From NCBI GenBank assembly GCA_037200965.1, contig JBBCGK010000001.1, forward strand, positions 384,001-448,000: 64,000 bases of DNA. Direction: 5' to 3'. The notes under the pieces are model-generated. The model was not told the origin of the DNA. It was given only the letters and a program-made list of their open reading frames with translations, and did not search any database. The stretch is from a bacterium. Lineage in GTDB: Bacteria > Patescibacteriota > Minisyncoccia > Phycocordibacterales > Phycocordibacteraceae. The translations under genes were made by a program, and so were the position numbers. Shown in pieces: positions 18,501 to 27,272 of the stretch. The number at the start of each line of letters is the position of its first letter. The stretch's first letter is position 1.

Positions 18501-21500
18501 GGCTTTTAATCTCTCCTTTCACCGCCACGCCCGCTGCCTTTGCCCGCGCCCGGGTCTCCTCGCTTGCCGGAAGATCGTCCACGTTCTCGTCCGTCCGGTA
18601 GGCATAGCGGACGATGCCGTCCGAAATTTCCCTGGTGCCAAGATGCCGGTCAACCGGCGCGCGCAACCGGAGCTCCGGCGCGTCGAATGGAAGCGCCTTC
18701 AGGGAAGCGTACGAGTCCCCGTCCGGTGCCGCTCTCTCATCCGTCGTGGTCGAGGCCGTTTCGCCAACTGCCGCTTCCGGAACGAGCGATTCCCCGAGAG
18801 GCTGCGTAGTCGAGGCCGCACGGGACTCCGTTTCCGGAACCTCCTCCGTCGTAGCGGCTCCTTCTTCCGGCGAGATCGCATCATGCCCGTCGAGATCGGA
18901 AGGAACGATCGGCTCGACGGACGCTTCTTCGCCAGCCTCTTCCTGGCCCATACCCAAAAACGCGAGCAGATACGGACTGTTCGACGCAAGCGCGAGACGG
19001 CCGTTTCGTATGCCAAGCAATTTCCCGAAAGCGCCCGCCTGCTCCGAGTCTTCGCCATCTCCATCCGTGCGGAGAGAATCTCCCGCCTGGGGAAGGACCG
19101 TGCGGATGTTCGTGAGCCGATAGAGCTGGTCCGCCGCGTAGGTGTAGGAACTCTCGGTTCCGTTCCCCAGCGCCGCATACTTGACCTTCCCGGTCGGCGC
19201 ATAATCGAAGTCGCTCACGACATCGGCAAAAGTCCCCGCTTCTCCCTGCCGCTGTGCGATCCTCTCGAGCTGCCCGGCGCTGTTGTATGTGTACCGGGCC
19301 TGTATCCCGTTCGGATATCCGAGCGTCGCAAGGTTCCCGAGCCGGTCGTACCCGTACCGCGTTATCGCGGATACGCCGCCGATAGTGTCGGTTTCCGTCT
19401 CCATCCGCCCGAGCGGATCGTATGCGAAAGCCGCCGTCGTTTCGGTCGTCGATGCCGTGCAGAGAAGTCCCTTTCCTTCCGTACAGGCGTCATAGGTATA
19501 GGCGACCTCGATACTTGGGCTCCCGGCGAAATCTTCGGCGAGGGGCCGGTTGAGATCGTCATAGGTGAATACCGTCGTCTGCCCCTTCGGATCGGTCGAG
19601 GATGCCAGATTCCCGGAAGCATCGTAGTTGTATGACCAGATGCCGTAGGTCGCGTCCGCGCCCGCATGGAGGTCTGTCGCGCTCAGGCGGCGGCCGAGGC
19701 CGTCATAAGCAAAGTCGCGGATATTCCCCTGCGCGTCCGTTATCTTCGTCAGGTTCTTATTGCCGTCGTACTCATACGCGGTCGTCTGCGAGCTCCCGCC
19801 GACATGCTCGACAACTGACGCCAAATTCCCGTAAGCATCCTTGACGAGATCCTTCGCGCGCCCGAGCGCGTCGGTGACGGTCGTTTTCCAGTCGTCATAG
19901 GCGTATTCCGTCTCCCCGACGGCGTTCTCGACCGAACTCACGCGCTTCAGCGGATCGTACGCATAGCGCGTGCGAAGCGGGAGGGCGGGCGGCGAGCTGG
20001 TGCCGGTGAAACCGGTCCCGGAGGCGAAGTAGGGCTGGGATTCGCTTACGAGAAGCCCGCGTCCGTCGTACGCGAACGTGCGTACCGCGTACCGGTTCGA
20101 TCCTTCGGCTTCGGCAAGCTCTTCGACTTTCCTGCCGAAACCGTCGAAGTACGTATAGGAATCGGCCGAAACGGCGTCGTCGAGATAGTCGGTCCGCTTG
20201 GCGCGGCGCGGCATCCCGGTATCGGTATAGGCATACGCGCTTTTCATAACCAGCGCCGAAGGCTCCTCCGTGTCCGGCTGCCACTCTTCGAGCACCCGGT
20301 CGAGCGGATCATACACGGTATGGTACGTCCGGCCGTTCGGATTCGTCGTCTGCCGCGGCTTGCCCGAGGAATAGTCGTAGAGATACGCGGTGCTCTGCCC
20401 GAGCGCATTGGTAGTCGTCGCCGGATACAAGCCATAGGGATCGTACTCGTAGATCGTCTGCTTATCGCGCGGATCCTTTTCGGTGAGTACGAGCCCGCGG
20501 GCGTCGTAGGTTTTTTCGGTATCGATCGTCGTCGAAGCCGCGATCCATGACTCCTGCTTGGTCAGGTTCCCCCTGTTCAGTGAACCGAAAGAAAGCGCGT
20601 CATAGTAGTTTTTCGTCTCCCGCACCGTCGAGCTTGCCTGATCCGTACGCGTCTCTCGCGACAGAAGCGAGAAGGGCGCGGTGGAGCTTGCCGCGTAGGC
20701 ATACGCGGTCGTGAACTTGTCCGTGCCGGTATCGGCAAACGAGCCGTCCGCGCCCGCATTCACCCTTCCCCATTCGACCTTCTGCGTCAGGTTTCCGGCC
20801 CCGTCGTCATACGCGTACGTCTCGGCCTTGTCCGCATGGTCGGAATCCCCGTCGTAGTCGAGCACCGTCATTTGGGTCTTCCTGACGAAGTCCGCCTTCC
20901 CGCCCCGGTTATAAGTTTCCCATTTGTCCACTTCAAGCGAATACAGATGCCCCGCGTCGTCGTACGACTCGCTGCGGTACGCCTTCCCGATCTTCGACTG
21001 GTCGTCGAGATATTCCCCGGTCGAGGTCGCCGAGGCGTCGCCCTGATGGAAGAAGGTTTTCGTAACGTTCCCGGCGGCATCCGTCTTCGTGGTCGTCCCG
21101 AATCCGGCGATGCGCCGGTCGAAGGGGCTGCCAAAATAATACCTGCCGCCCGCATACGCGTAGGAATCGGTCGAAGTCGCCCCGATACCGGCATACCTGC
21201 TTATGCCCTCCGCAGTCTCGAGGTTCACCGGAAGCCCGGGATTGAGCATGGCACCGCCCGCGCCCCGATAGCTTGCGGAAGACTTGTACGACGCGGTAAT
21301 GGCCCCGCCCGCGGGCTCGACGACGCGCGTGAGCAGATCGGCCATGCCTCCGGTGCCGAGATAGACGAAGTTGTAGTTGTGATAATAGCTGCCGCCGATG
21401 GTACCCGAGGTGATGAAATCCACGGGGCCGTTCCCGTCCGCTTCCCCGATGCGCGTTCCGGCATCGAGACCGTTCGCAATGAACGGCGCGGGAAGCGTTC

Positions 21501-23451
21501 GGGCCGGATCGAGCGCCCATCCGGTACCCGTATTGAGGTAGACGGCGTTGCCCGACCATAAGGAATTCGCGCCGTTGAATTCGACCCATGAGTTATAGCC
21601 GATATCGACGAGGCCGTCGTTGTTGAAGTCGGCGAGACGGGTGCTCGTGCCGCCGCCGGGCGGGATTGGCACGGCCCACTCGGTGCTCGTGGCCCACCCC
21701 GACCCGGTGTTGAGATACACCATATCGGTCGGGCCGTACTGGGAATCGGAACCTCCGATAACGTCGTCGAGCCCGTCGTTGTTCACGTCGGCTATGCGCG
21801 CGCCGGTATCCGCCCGGAGCCGCGCGGAGAAAAGCACCGGTATCTGCCACGACGGCGCGTACGTCCAGCCGTGGCCGTTGTTGAGGTACACCTTCTTCGT
21901 ATACGTTACGCTCCCGCCGTTCGGATTGTTCACATACGAGCGGACGATATCGGCGGGGCCGTCGCCGTTCACGTCACTGAACCGGGTGCCGACGTCCTTA
22001 TTATTCTCCACAATCGTCTCCGGATTGGTCCATACGGTACTCGTCGCCCAGCCGCTGCCGGTATTGAGAAACACCGACGAATTACACACGAAATCCGGTA
22101 GCAGATCTCCGTTCACGTCCACTATGCGGGTCCCTTTGTCGCGTATCGATGAACTTCCGTATTCGGTGATGATGCAGGGAGCGTTCCAGAGCGTGTTTTC
22201 AGCCCATCCGGTACCGGTGCCAAGATAGGTATGCTTGGTTATCACGGGGCTGCTGTACTTGGATTCGACAAGGTCGGTGAGCGAATCGCCGTTCACATCG
22301 GCGAGCGTCACTCCGCGATCGCCCTGATCGTTCGTGAATTCGACCGGCACCGTCCAGCCGGGACTGGCCCACGCGGGACTCGATGTCGCATAGGAGAATG
22401 CGGCCGCGGGAAGCGAGATTACCGCCCCGCCGTCGTCCCGGCCCGATTCGGTAACGCCCGCGAGGAGGAGGCGCGAGCCGTTGTCGCCGTGCGTATAGGC
22501 GAAATCGTAGCTCCGAACCCACTCCCCGTTCACCTTCGTCCGTATCTGGTCGATCTTATACCGTGTCCGCACACCAAAGCCGCCGGGAGACGTCGTCGCG
22601 GTCGCGGTCGCCCGAAGGCTCTTCGCGAACTCGACCGAAAAGACTCCGGGCGCTCCGCCGCTCCCGGTATAGCGGATGGATTCGGGATAGATCTGCCCCG
22701 AATCTTTCGCGTAGCCGTACGTGACGGTATTTCCGTTCGCATCCATGGTTTCCTGGAGCATCCACTTGTACACTCTGCCCGAATCTCCCGGGTCATCCTG
22801 CCTGGCGGCGGTCGAGGTGCCGAACCTGTACACGACGCCGTTTTTATCCGTCACCATCCAGATGTTTCCGGCAAGCGCATAGCGCAGATAAGAACCGTCA
22901 TCGCTGCGGGCGAGAAAGACCGAGGAATCCGACGTGGTCGCAAGCTCTCCCGAAAGCGAGGAATAGAAATGCGGCGAGGTCGTGCTATAGAGATTTTGCA
23001 TCCCTTCGACGTTATACCGTTCTATGTACGGTATGGAGATATTCCAGCCGTATCCGAAAGCGCTCGCCTCGTCGCGGTCCTGACTCGAATAGGACAGGGA
23101 AAGATGCGGCTCCATACCGTTTCTTCCGGGCGGAACGGTGATCGCGTAGTCGTACGTAAAAGCACCTGTTGCGGCCGATTGATCGGCGCGGGTACGTTCC
23201 GGGCCGGAATCCCGCAGGTATGGCGGCAACTGATCATCGCCGTCCCCCAAACTGAGAGTCTGCGCTCCCCCGCCCTGAAGAAAGGCATCGCCCTCCGTAT
23301 CCGGCATAGCCGATGAAACATCCTCGGCCGGATCTTCCGACGCCGCCAAAACGGGAGCGCAGAAGAGCGGCGTGAAAGAAAGAATCAGCGATGCTGCCAC
23401 GAACTTGTTGAAGGATATTACCCAGGTCGCCCGTTTCGAGGGCTTTGCCAT
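15547..23451 (-). CDS. giant secreted RHS/YD-repeat polymorphic toxin: SpvB-like N-terminal domain, FG-GAP beta-propeller repeats, YD/RHS shell, RHS core, variable C-terminal toxin domain
   Basis: From N- to C-terminus the protein shows: a signal peptide (MAKPSKRATWVISFNKFVAASLILSFTPLFCAPVLAA); an SpvB/TcB motif (TGAFTYDYAITVPPGRNGMEPHLSLSYSS...GYGWNISIPY); at least 6 FG-GAP-like repeats (DVNGDxxxDxV); dozens of YD repeats (YEYDPYG, YAYDGRGLL, YNYDASGNL...); an RHS core end (ARYYDGGRGQFLSQDP...NSYSYVRNNPIINKDPSGNWY); and a ~150-aa Gly-rich tail. The start is chosen at ATG 23451, giving a good signal peptide; the ORF-track start at 23556 adds 35 aa. Confidence 0.85.
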   Translation of the reverse strand: MAKPSKRATWVISFNKFVAASLILSFTPLFCAPVLAASEDPAEDVSSAMPDTEGDAFLQGGGAQTLSLGDGDDQLPPYLRDSGPERTRADQSAATGAFTYDYAITVPPGRNGMEPHLSLSYSSQDRDEASAFGYGWNISIPYIERYNVEGMQNLYSTTSPHFYSSLSGELATTSDSSVFLARSDDGSYLRYALAGNIWMVTDKNGVVYRFGTSTAARQDDPGDSGRVYKWMLQETMDANGNTVTYGYAKDSGQIYPESIRYTGSGGAPGVFSVEFAKSLRATATATTSPGGFGVRTRYKIDQIRTKVNGEWVRSYDFAYTHGDNGSRLLLAGVTESGRDDGGAVISLPAAAFSYATSSPAWASPGWTVPVEFTNDQGDRGVTLADVNGDSLTDLVESKYSSPVITKHTYLGTGTGWAENTLWNAPCIITEYGSSSIRDKGTRIVDVNGDLLPDFVCNSSVFLNTGSGWATSTVWTNPETIVENNKDVGTRFSDVNGDGPADIVRSYVNNPNGGSVTYTKKVYLNNGHGWTYAPSWQIPVLFSARLRADTGARIADVNNDGLDDVIGGSDSQYGPTDMVYLNTGSGWATSTEWAVPIPPGGGTSTRLADFNNDGLVDIGYNSWVEFNGANSLWSGNAVYLNTGTGWALDPARTLPAPFIANGLDAGTRIGEADGNGPVDFITSGTIGGSYYHNYNFVYLGTGGMADLLTRVVEPAGGAITASYKSSASYRGAGGAMLNPGLPVNLETAEGISRYAGIGATSTDSYAYAGGRYYFGSPFDRRIAGFGTTTKTDAAGNVTKTFFHQGDASATSTGEYLDDQSKIGKAYRSESYDDAGHLYSLEVDKWETYNRGGKADFVRKTQMTVLDYDGDSDHADKAETYAYDDGAGNLTQKVEWGRVNAGADGSFADTGTDKFTTAYAYAASSTAPFSLLSRETRTDQASSTVRETKNYYDALSFGSLNRGNLTKQESWIAASTTIDTEKTYDARGLVLTEKDPRDKQTIYEYDPYGLYPATTTNALGQSTAYLYDYSSGKPRQTTNPNGRTYHTVYDPLDRVLEEWQPDTEEPSALVMKSAYAYTDTGMPRRAKRTDYLDDAVSADSYTYFDGFGRKVEELAEAEGSNRYAVRTFAYDGRGLLVSESQPYFASGTGFTGTSSPPALPLRTRYAYDPLKRVSSVENAVGETEYAYDDWKTTVTDALGRAKDLVKDAYGNLASVVEHVGGSSQTTAYEYDGNKNLTKITDAQGNIRDFAYDGLGRRLSATDLHAGADATYGIWSYNYDASGNLASSTDPKGQTTVFTYDDLNRPLAEDFAGSPSIEVAYTYDACTEGKGLLCTASTTETTAAFAYDPLGRMETETDTIGGVSAITRYGYDRLGNLATLGYPNGIQARYTYNSAGQLERIAQRQGEAGTFADVVSDFDYAPTGKVKYAALGNGTESSYTYAADQLYRLTNIRTVLPQAGDSLRTDGDGEDSEQAGAFGKLLGIRNGRLALASNSPYLLAFLGMGQEEAGEEASVEPIVPSDLDGHDAISPEEGAATTEEVPETESRAASTTQPLGESLVPEAAVGETASTTTDERAAPDGDSYASLKALPFDAPELRLRAPVDRHLGTREISDGIVRYAYRTDENVDDLPASEETRARAKAAGVAVKGEIKSQRTKHARVFATDKPNTFVAEIVSGDPQYYEDEKGGWWVADYGITTADSYEAQKRAQGGSPGILEAIVGFLFPKRARADTGTFYPDPDPETSSVDGYVYKDHSSNWNSVHNATNGINANSDAAEIIVSDELGVASGALDYGIRRGFLLFDTSSLPDSVPVIDATLSLYMTGVTAGGSEKRLYVASSSPSSAASLVSQDFDMIGSTSYGVSDGTYAGNTYEPIALNANGLASISRTGVTKLSVRTYNDFNNIAPTDATELVANFASADDTGTGHDPKLVVVYDTAPAGPTALLTEGQTDPVHVTDLTPEFSALFTDADAGDLALAYRIQLAASSAFSSVYWDTGMTALASSTPSGMRIPDISYAGPALASSTPYYWRIKLWDADTQSEWSSVASFEIPVSFPPGAPASLLTEGLTNPAGITDYFPEFSAVYADPDSGDSARYFQIQVATSTGAWSAPVWDSAKAPFASSTAPGTRTEDITYAGDALAAGIPYYWRMRVWDDHDVDSDWSAAASYVIGTPPSGTTIQDIYFTYDAVGNVTGIDDYSDTQAAKSAVFAYDDLDRLTVASTTAAASLPYRETYGYSAIGNLTGKSGQGSYAYAGTGYANPHAPTSVASTTLSYDNDGNVVAHGPDSFAWDYRNRLAASSDGSATTTYAYDHVGNRAAKVSGGIATLYPNKYFELQGATTTAYIWAGDGLVAAIEGNGSATTTSYMHPDHLGSTNVVSDDAGQLAKTLDYYPYGSERVDAGAVDLGRTFIGQFHDDESDLSYLNARYYDGGRGQFLSQDPSFLAMGDAKKVKELTQQELNQILMDPQTLNSYSYVRNNPIINKDPSGNWYVYINGGLTYGFFNVQIGFEASDQGVNAVAGGGPSLGAEAKIGGGFSSGSMPKNAEVQVEQSVGGAVGVGYKYSKSATVNVKDGTNATGPKQDVSSSHNLQIGVGAAVSQTYTVHVPIIPGSMIQTAPAPTTPATTKPTTTETKNKVKNNR

Positions 23452-23542
23452 TACGGGTATCGTAGCATCCATTATCGAGGGCTTGTGGATATCGGGAGAA
23501 TCGGAAACTTTCGTTTTTATTGACGATACGCAGCGCAACATA

Positions 23543-23557
23543 TATGATATTATCATA
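23543..23557. promoter_or_regulatory. 15-bp perfect palindrome TATGATA-T-TATCATA, putative operator of the RHH antitoxin operon
   Basis: Seen directly; lies 20-34 nt upstream of the antitoxin ATG and overlaps -10-like TACTAT/TATAAG hexamers. Confidence 0.45.
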
Positions 23558-23576
23558 CTATAAGTTAATACCCCTT

Positions 23577-23795
23577 ATGGCCACCGTCTCCGTACCCCTC
23601 AACGCCGAGCTTGAAGAGCGTCTGGATTTCCTTGTCGCGAGCGGCGTGGGCGCGAACCGCGCGGATGTCATGCGCCGCGGGCTTGAAAACCTGGCGGAAG
23701 AAGAGGCGATCAACGCCGTACTTAAGGCCGAACGTGAAGTGGCGGGCGGCAAGATACTGCGCGGGAACGCACGCAAAGTATTGCTTGGTCCGTAG
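23577..23795 (+). CDS. ribbon-helix-helix (CopG/ParD-like) type II antitoxin
   Basis: 72 aa: MATVSVPLNAELEERLDFLVASGVGANRADVMRRGLENL..., an RHH signature. Sits immediately upstream of a RelE/ParE-like ORF. Confidence 0.65.
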   Translation: MATVSVPLNAELEERLDFLVASGVGANRADVMRRGLENLAEEEAINAVLKAEREVAGGKILRGNARKVLLGP

Positions 23796-23801
23796 TCTTC
23801 T

Positions 23802-24062
23802 ATGCAGGTCGCGTTCGCACCCCAATTCAGGCGGCAATTCAAGAAGCTGCCGAAACCTCTTCAGGAAGAAGCGCTCGAAAAGATCGAGACCTTCGGGGAT
23901 GCCGGGAACCACGCGGCGTTGCGCGTTCATAAGCTTGGCGGGAAGCTTCACGGCCGCCTGAGCTTTTCGGTCAATTATCGGTATCGGATACTGTTTTTAT
24001 GGGAAGTTCCGAATAAATCAGCAATCCTGCTCGCCATCGGCGATCACGCCGTATACGAATAA
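23802..24062 (+). CDS. RelE/ParE-family type II toxin
   Basis: 86 aa; the C-terminus LGGKLHGRLSFSVNYRYRILFLWEVPNKSAILLAIGDHAVYE matches the ParE/RelE fold signature. Confidence 0.65.
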   Translation: MQVAFAPQFRRQFKKLPKPLQEEALEKIETFGDAGNHAALRVHKLGGKLHGRLSFSVNYRYRILFLWEVPNKSAILLAIGDHAVYE

Positions 24063-24066
24063 GCGC

Positions 24067-25182
24067 TTAGGGATCCTTGTCCTTCAGAGCCGCGATGATC
24101 CTTCGCGCGCGCGCAGCCCACGTATGCGAGGCGGCGAGCGAAAGCGCTTTTACGGACTTATCTCGTGCCGCCTGGGAATCGGCAAGCGCGTCCCGTATGC
24201 CAGCCGCAAGAGCTTCGGGATCGTCAGGCGGCACGAGATACGCGCTGTCGCCTGCAAGGACTTCCCGGATCGAGGGAAGATCGGACGCGACGATCGGCGT
24301 ACCGGAAGCGATATACTCGAAGAGCTTCATGGGCGAGGTAAAGCGGGTGGAATCCTCGTCCTTCCCGGAATTCGGCAGGACAAGGATGTCCGCGGCGCGA
24401 AGATAGACCGGAACGCCCTCGTGCGGCACGTGTCCGATTATCCTGACGTTCACCCTGCTTCCCCACTTCCCCCCGAATGCCTCGATATCTTCCGGCGTGC
24501 CGCCGAGAAATATGAAAAGCGCGTCCGGAACGAGGGCGGCGGCCTCGGCAAGCGCGGCGGCGCCCTTCCTCGGATAGAGATGCCCCGCATACAGCACGAT
24601 GCGCTTGTCGCGCGGGAATCCGAGCGCGCCGCGCGCCGCCGCGCGATCCGGTACGCCGTCAAACAAGCGCTCATCGACCGCGTCGGGAGCCACGACGATT
24701 CGCTCCGGGGCGACGCCCGCAGCCGCATACGCCGTTCGCAGCCCTTCCGATATGACGACAGTGCGAAGCGCCCGGCGGGCAACGATTTTCGAGACGAACG
24801 ACGGCCGCGCATGCGCTTCAAAAACGAGTCTCTTCCCGAGAAGCAGGTACTGCGCGAGCACGAGCGCATCGCGCGAATAGATGACGTCGGCGCCGCGAAA
24901 CGCGGGAAGCCAGCGGACTTTCTCGGAAAACCAGAGTGCGGAGACCAAAAACCCGAGCGGACCGGACCGGACGAAGTCCGGCGCTTCCAGGGTCGCAACC
25001 TTGAAGGAAGGACGAATGCCGTAGTACGCGAACGGGTCGGCGGCGAGATGATTGATGCGCAAAGGGATGACGAGCTCAAGGTCGACGCCCGCTTCCGCAA
25101 GCGCTTCGCACGTCTTCATGATCTGGAGGCCGTAGGCGCGCTCGGTCGGCAGGCGCGCATTCGATATATAGAGAAGTTTCAT
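24067..25182 (-). CDS. GT4-family (GT-B) glycosyltransferase
   Basis: 371 aa with the C-terminal GT4 signature (PNSGKDEDSTRFTSPMKLFEYIASGTPIVASD). Confidence 0.8.
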   Translation of the reverse strand: MKLLYISNARLPTERAYGLQIMKTCEALAEAGVDLELVIPLRINHLAADPFAYYGIRPSFKVATLEAPDFVRSGPLGFLVSALWFSEKVRWLPAFRGADVIYSRDALVLAQYLLLGKRLVFEAHARPSFVSKIVARRALRTVVISEGLRTAYAAAGVAPERIVVAPDAVDERLFDGVPDRAAARGALGFPRDKRIVLYAGHLYPRKGAAALAEAAALVPDALFIFLGGTPEDIEAFGGKWGSRVNVRIIGHVPHEGVPVYLRAADILVLPNSGKDEDSTRFTSPMKLFEYIASGTPIVASDLPSIREVLAGDSAYLVPPDDPEALAAGIRDALADSQAARDKSVKALSLAASHTWAARARRIIAALKDKDP

Positions 25183-26237
25183 TGCGCAGTGTATGCGGCC
25201 AGTTCCGAACGTATTTCAGGTACTGACAACAGGAGTTCTTTTATCTCGTTTTTGGAGAGTCGTCGCGCATCTAACGAACCATAACCGCTCCCGCCCACAT
25301 CATCACCGCCCTGACTCTGAACGTCGGAGGAAGATCTGGCGGTTTCTTCGTCGGGCGACTCCGGAACAATTCTGTAATATTCGCCGTGATCGACGGCCCG
25401 GCGGAGTTCCTCAGCGGAAATAAGAAATTCGTCACGTCGTTCTCCCAGACGCATGCCGATGTATGCGGCGGGCGTTTTGTACGAAAATAATTCGGCGATC
25501 GCCAACGCGAGATCGGCAAGCGCTATCCCAGGTATTTTGCGAACGTATATTTCGCCCGCTGCACCGCTGGTGAGAGCGAAGAGAATGAGGTCAAGCGCTT
25601 GGTCGAGGGTCATGAAGAAGCGCGTCATCTGCGGATCGGTAATAGTAATAGGTTGGCCTTGCTTGATTCGTTCGATAAAATACGGTACGACGGAACCACG
25701 CGTATAGAGAATATTGCCGAACCGCGCAATACATACGACCGTTTTGGAATTGCGCGCGGATGCTATCGCGACGCGCTCCATTAAGGCTTTGCTCATCCCC
25801 ATCGCACTTGTCGGAGCAGGTGCCTTGTCGGTTGAAAGCACGACAAGCCGTTTTACTGCGTGACCAATCGCGCTTTGAATGACATTGTTACTTCCGAGCA
25901 CGTTAGTTTTTACGAACTCAAGCGGAAACGATTCACCGATCGGCACCTGTTTAAGCGCTGCTGCATGGAATACGTAGTCGACGCCTCGCATCGAAACATC
26001 CACCGCTTGCCGGTCGCGGATATCGCCGACAATAAAAGCAAGCCGTGGGTCACTCACGCGATTGCGCATATCAAATTGTTTTTGCTCGTCCCTGCTGAAG
26101 ATAACCACTTGCTTGGGTGCGAGCGTAAGCAGCGCTTCGGCAACTGCGGAGCCGACCGATCCGGTACCGCCGGTTATGAGTATAGTCGCGTCCTTAATTT
26201 GCTCCGCATAAGAAGAATGCAGGTTCAGATCAGACAT
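25179..26237 (-). CDS. UDP-N-acetylglucosamine 4,6-dehydratase (PseB/FlaA1/CapD family)
   Basis: ILITGGTGSVGS...LSTDKAPAPTSAMGMSKAL (Sx-K). The start is chosen at ATG 26237; the track start at 26309 would read into the IS481 left inverted repeat. ATGA overlap with the downstream GT4. Confidence 0.75.
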   Translation of the reverse strand: MSDLNLHSSYAEQIKDATILITGGTGSVGSAVAEALLTLAPKQVVIFSRDEQKQFDMRNRVSDPRLAFIVGDIRDRQAVDVSMRGVDYVFHAAALKQVPIGESFPLEFVKTNVLGSNNVIQSAIGHAVKRLVVLSTDKAPAPTSAMGMSKALMERVAIASARNSKTVVCIARFGNILYTRGSVVPYFIERIKQGQPITITDPQMTRFFMTLDQALDLILFALTSGAAGEIYVRKIPGIALADLALAIAELFSYKTPAAYIGMRLGERRDEFLISAEELRRAVDHGEYYRIVPESPDEETARSSSDVQSQGGDDVGGSGYGSLDARRLSKNEIKELLLSVPEIRSELAAYTAQ

Positions 26238-26289
26238 GGATTTGCTCAAAGTAGCAATAAATACTAAAGGTTTCAACCGTGCCTTAAGG

Positions 26290-27237
26290 TCGCACTGCAT
26301 ATCGAACACTCCCTAATACTAAGGAGGATATGCGCAAAGAACCCAGGGAAATCATCAGGAAATTGAAGAAGTCGGGAGGAAAGGTGCGCGAAACCGCACG
26401 GACACTCGGCATATCTCCGGGCACGGTGGTGTTCTGGAAGAAGCGAGCCCGGAGCATCCGGAGCCGGTTTGCGCTCTCGACGCGGCAGCTTGTCCGCAAG
26501 TCGACAAGACCGAAGCGTCTTCGCCGCAGGACGCTCTCGGGAGAGCGGGCTGAGGCGCTCTTGCGCCTGCGCGAAGAGAAAGGATACGGGGCGCGCAAGC
26601 TCAAAGTGCTGCTCGGCCTCTCCGAGCACCCGGCGACCATCCATCGCTTCCTCAAAGCGAAAGGTCATATACTGGAAGGCGCGTCATACCGACGGCCGAG
26701 ATATCAGGAGACCACGCATATGTATCTCAAGAACGTGACCGCGCCCGGGAAGCTTCAGATGGATGTGAAGTACGTGACGCCCGAGCTGTCGGGGCTCCCG
26801 CATACCCTGTATCTGTATGCCGTCATTGATATTTGGAGCCGATACAAAGCTGGCGTCATCTTCCCCGAGCTCGTGCAGGACTTCTCCATCGAGGCCCTGC
26901 GGACGGTTTCGCTGCCGTTCGTACCGGATTTCGTGCAGACCGACAACGGCCTTGAGTTCCAGAGCCGCTTCCGCGCCTTCGTGACTGGGGAACTCGGCTG
27001 GAAGCATCATTTCATCCACAAGGCGAACCCGAATGAGAACGCGGTCATCGAGCGGTCATTCCGCACCGACGAGGAGGAGTTCTTCTGGCGCTTCATGAAA
27101 AAGCCCGCTTCAATGGAGGACCTCAATGCCCAGTATCAGGCCTTTCTGCGCGAATACAACCACGAACGGCCGCACCTTGGCATCGAGCTCAAGACGCCGT
27201 ATGCTCGACTGCAAGAGTGTTCGATATGTTAGTGCGA
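26290..27237 (+). mobile_element. IS481-family-like insertion sequence (~948 bp) with 22/23-bp imperfect terminal inverted repeats and a probable 6-bp TTAAGG target-site duplication
   Basis: IRL is TCGCACTGCATATCGAACACTC (26290-26311) and IRR is GAGTGTTCGATATGTTAGTGCGA (27215-27237). Their reverse complements differ only by G vs AA. Flanking TTAAGG lies at 26284-26289 and 27240-27245. Confidence 0.7.
26330..27232 (+). CDS. DDE transposase (N-terminal HTH + rve integrase core), IS481-like
   Basis: 300 aa. The DDE triad context reads LYLYAVIDIWSR ... VQTDNGLEF ... AVIERSFRTDEEE. A canonical SD (AAGGAGG) lies 3-9 nt upstream of the ATG, unlike most host genes. Confidence 0.8.
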   Translation: MRKEPREIIRKLKKSGGKVRETARTLGISPGTVVFWKKRARSIRSRFALSTRQLVRKSTRPKRLRRRTLSGERAEALLRLREEKGYGARKLKVLLGLSEHPATIHRFLKAKGHILEGASYRRPRYQETTHMYLKNVTAPGKLQMDVKYVTPELSGLPHTLYLYAVIDIWSRYKAGVIFPELVQDFSIEALRTVSLPFVPDFVQTDNGLEFQSRFRAFVTGELGWKHHFIHKANPNENAVIERSFRTDEEEFFWRFMKKPASMEDLNAQYQAFLREYNHERPHLGIELKTPYARLQECSIC

Positions 27238-27272
27238 TATTAAGGCGTGAAAGCGTCCGTGGCTATAGCTGA

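Noticed and set aside
17602-19635. 677-aa plus-strand ORF, plus many 60-360-aa ORFs in both directions inside 15547-23451
   Set aside because: All overlap the RHS gene in other frames or antisense. They are Arg/Pro/Gly-rich translations typical of GC-rich shadow ORFs with no motifs.
23452-23556. Extended N-terminus of the RHS ORF (track start 23556, MIISYMLRCV...)
   Set aside because: The ATG at 23451 yields a textbook signal peptide and is preceded by a -10-like TACGAT; the extra 35 codons run through the TA operator/promoter region.
23565-23951. 128-aa minus-strand ORF overlapping the antitoxin/toxin pair
   Set aside because: The plus-strand RHH and RelE/ParE-like ORFs have clear family signatures and an operator palindrome; the minus ORF has none.
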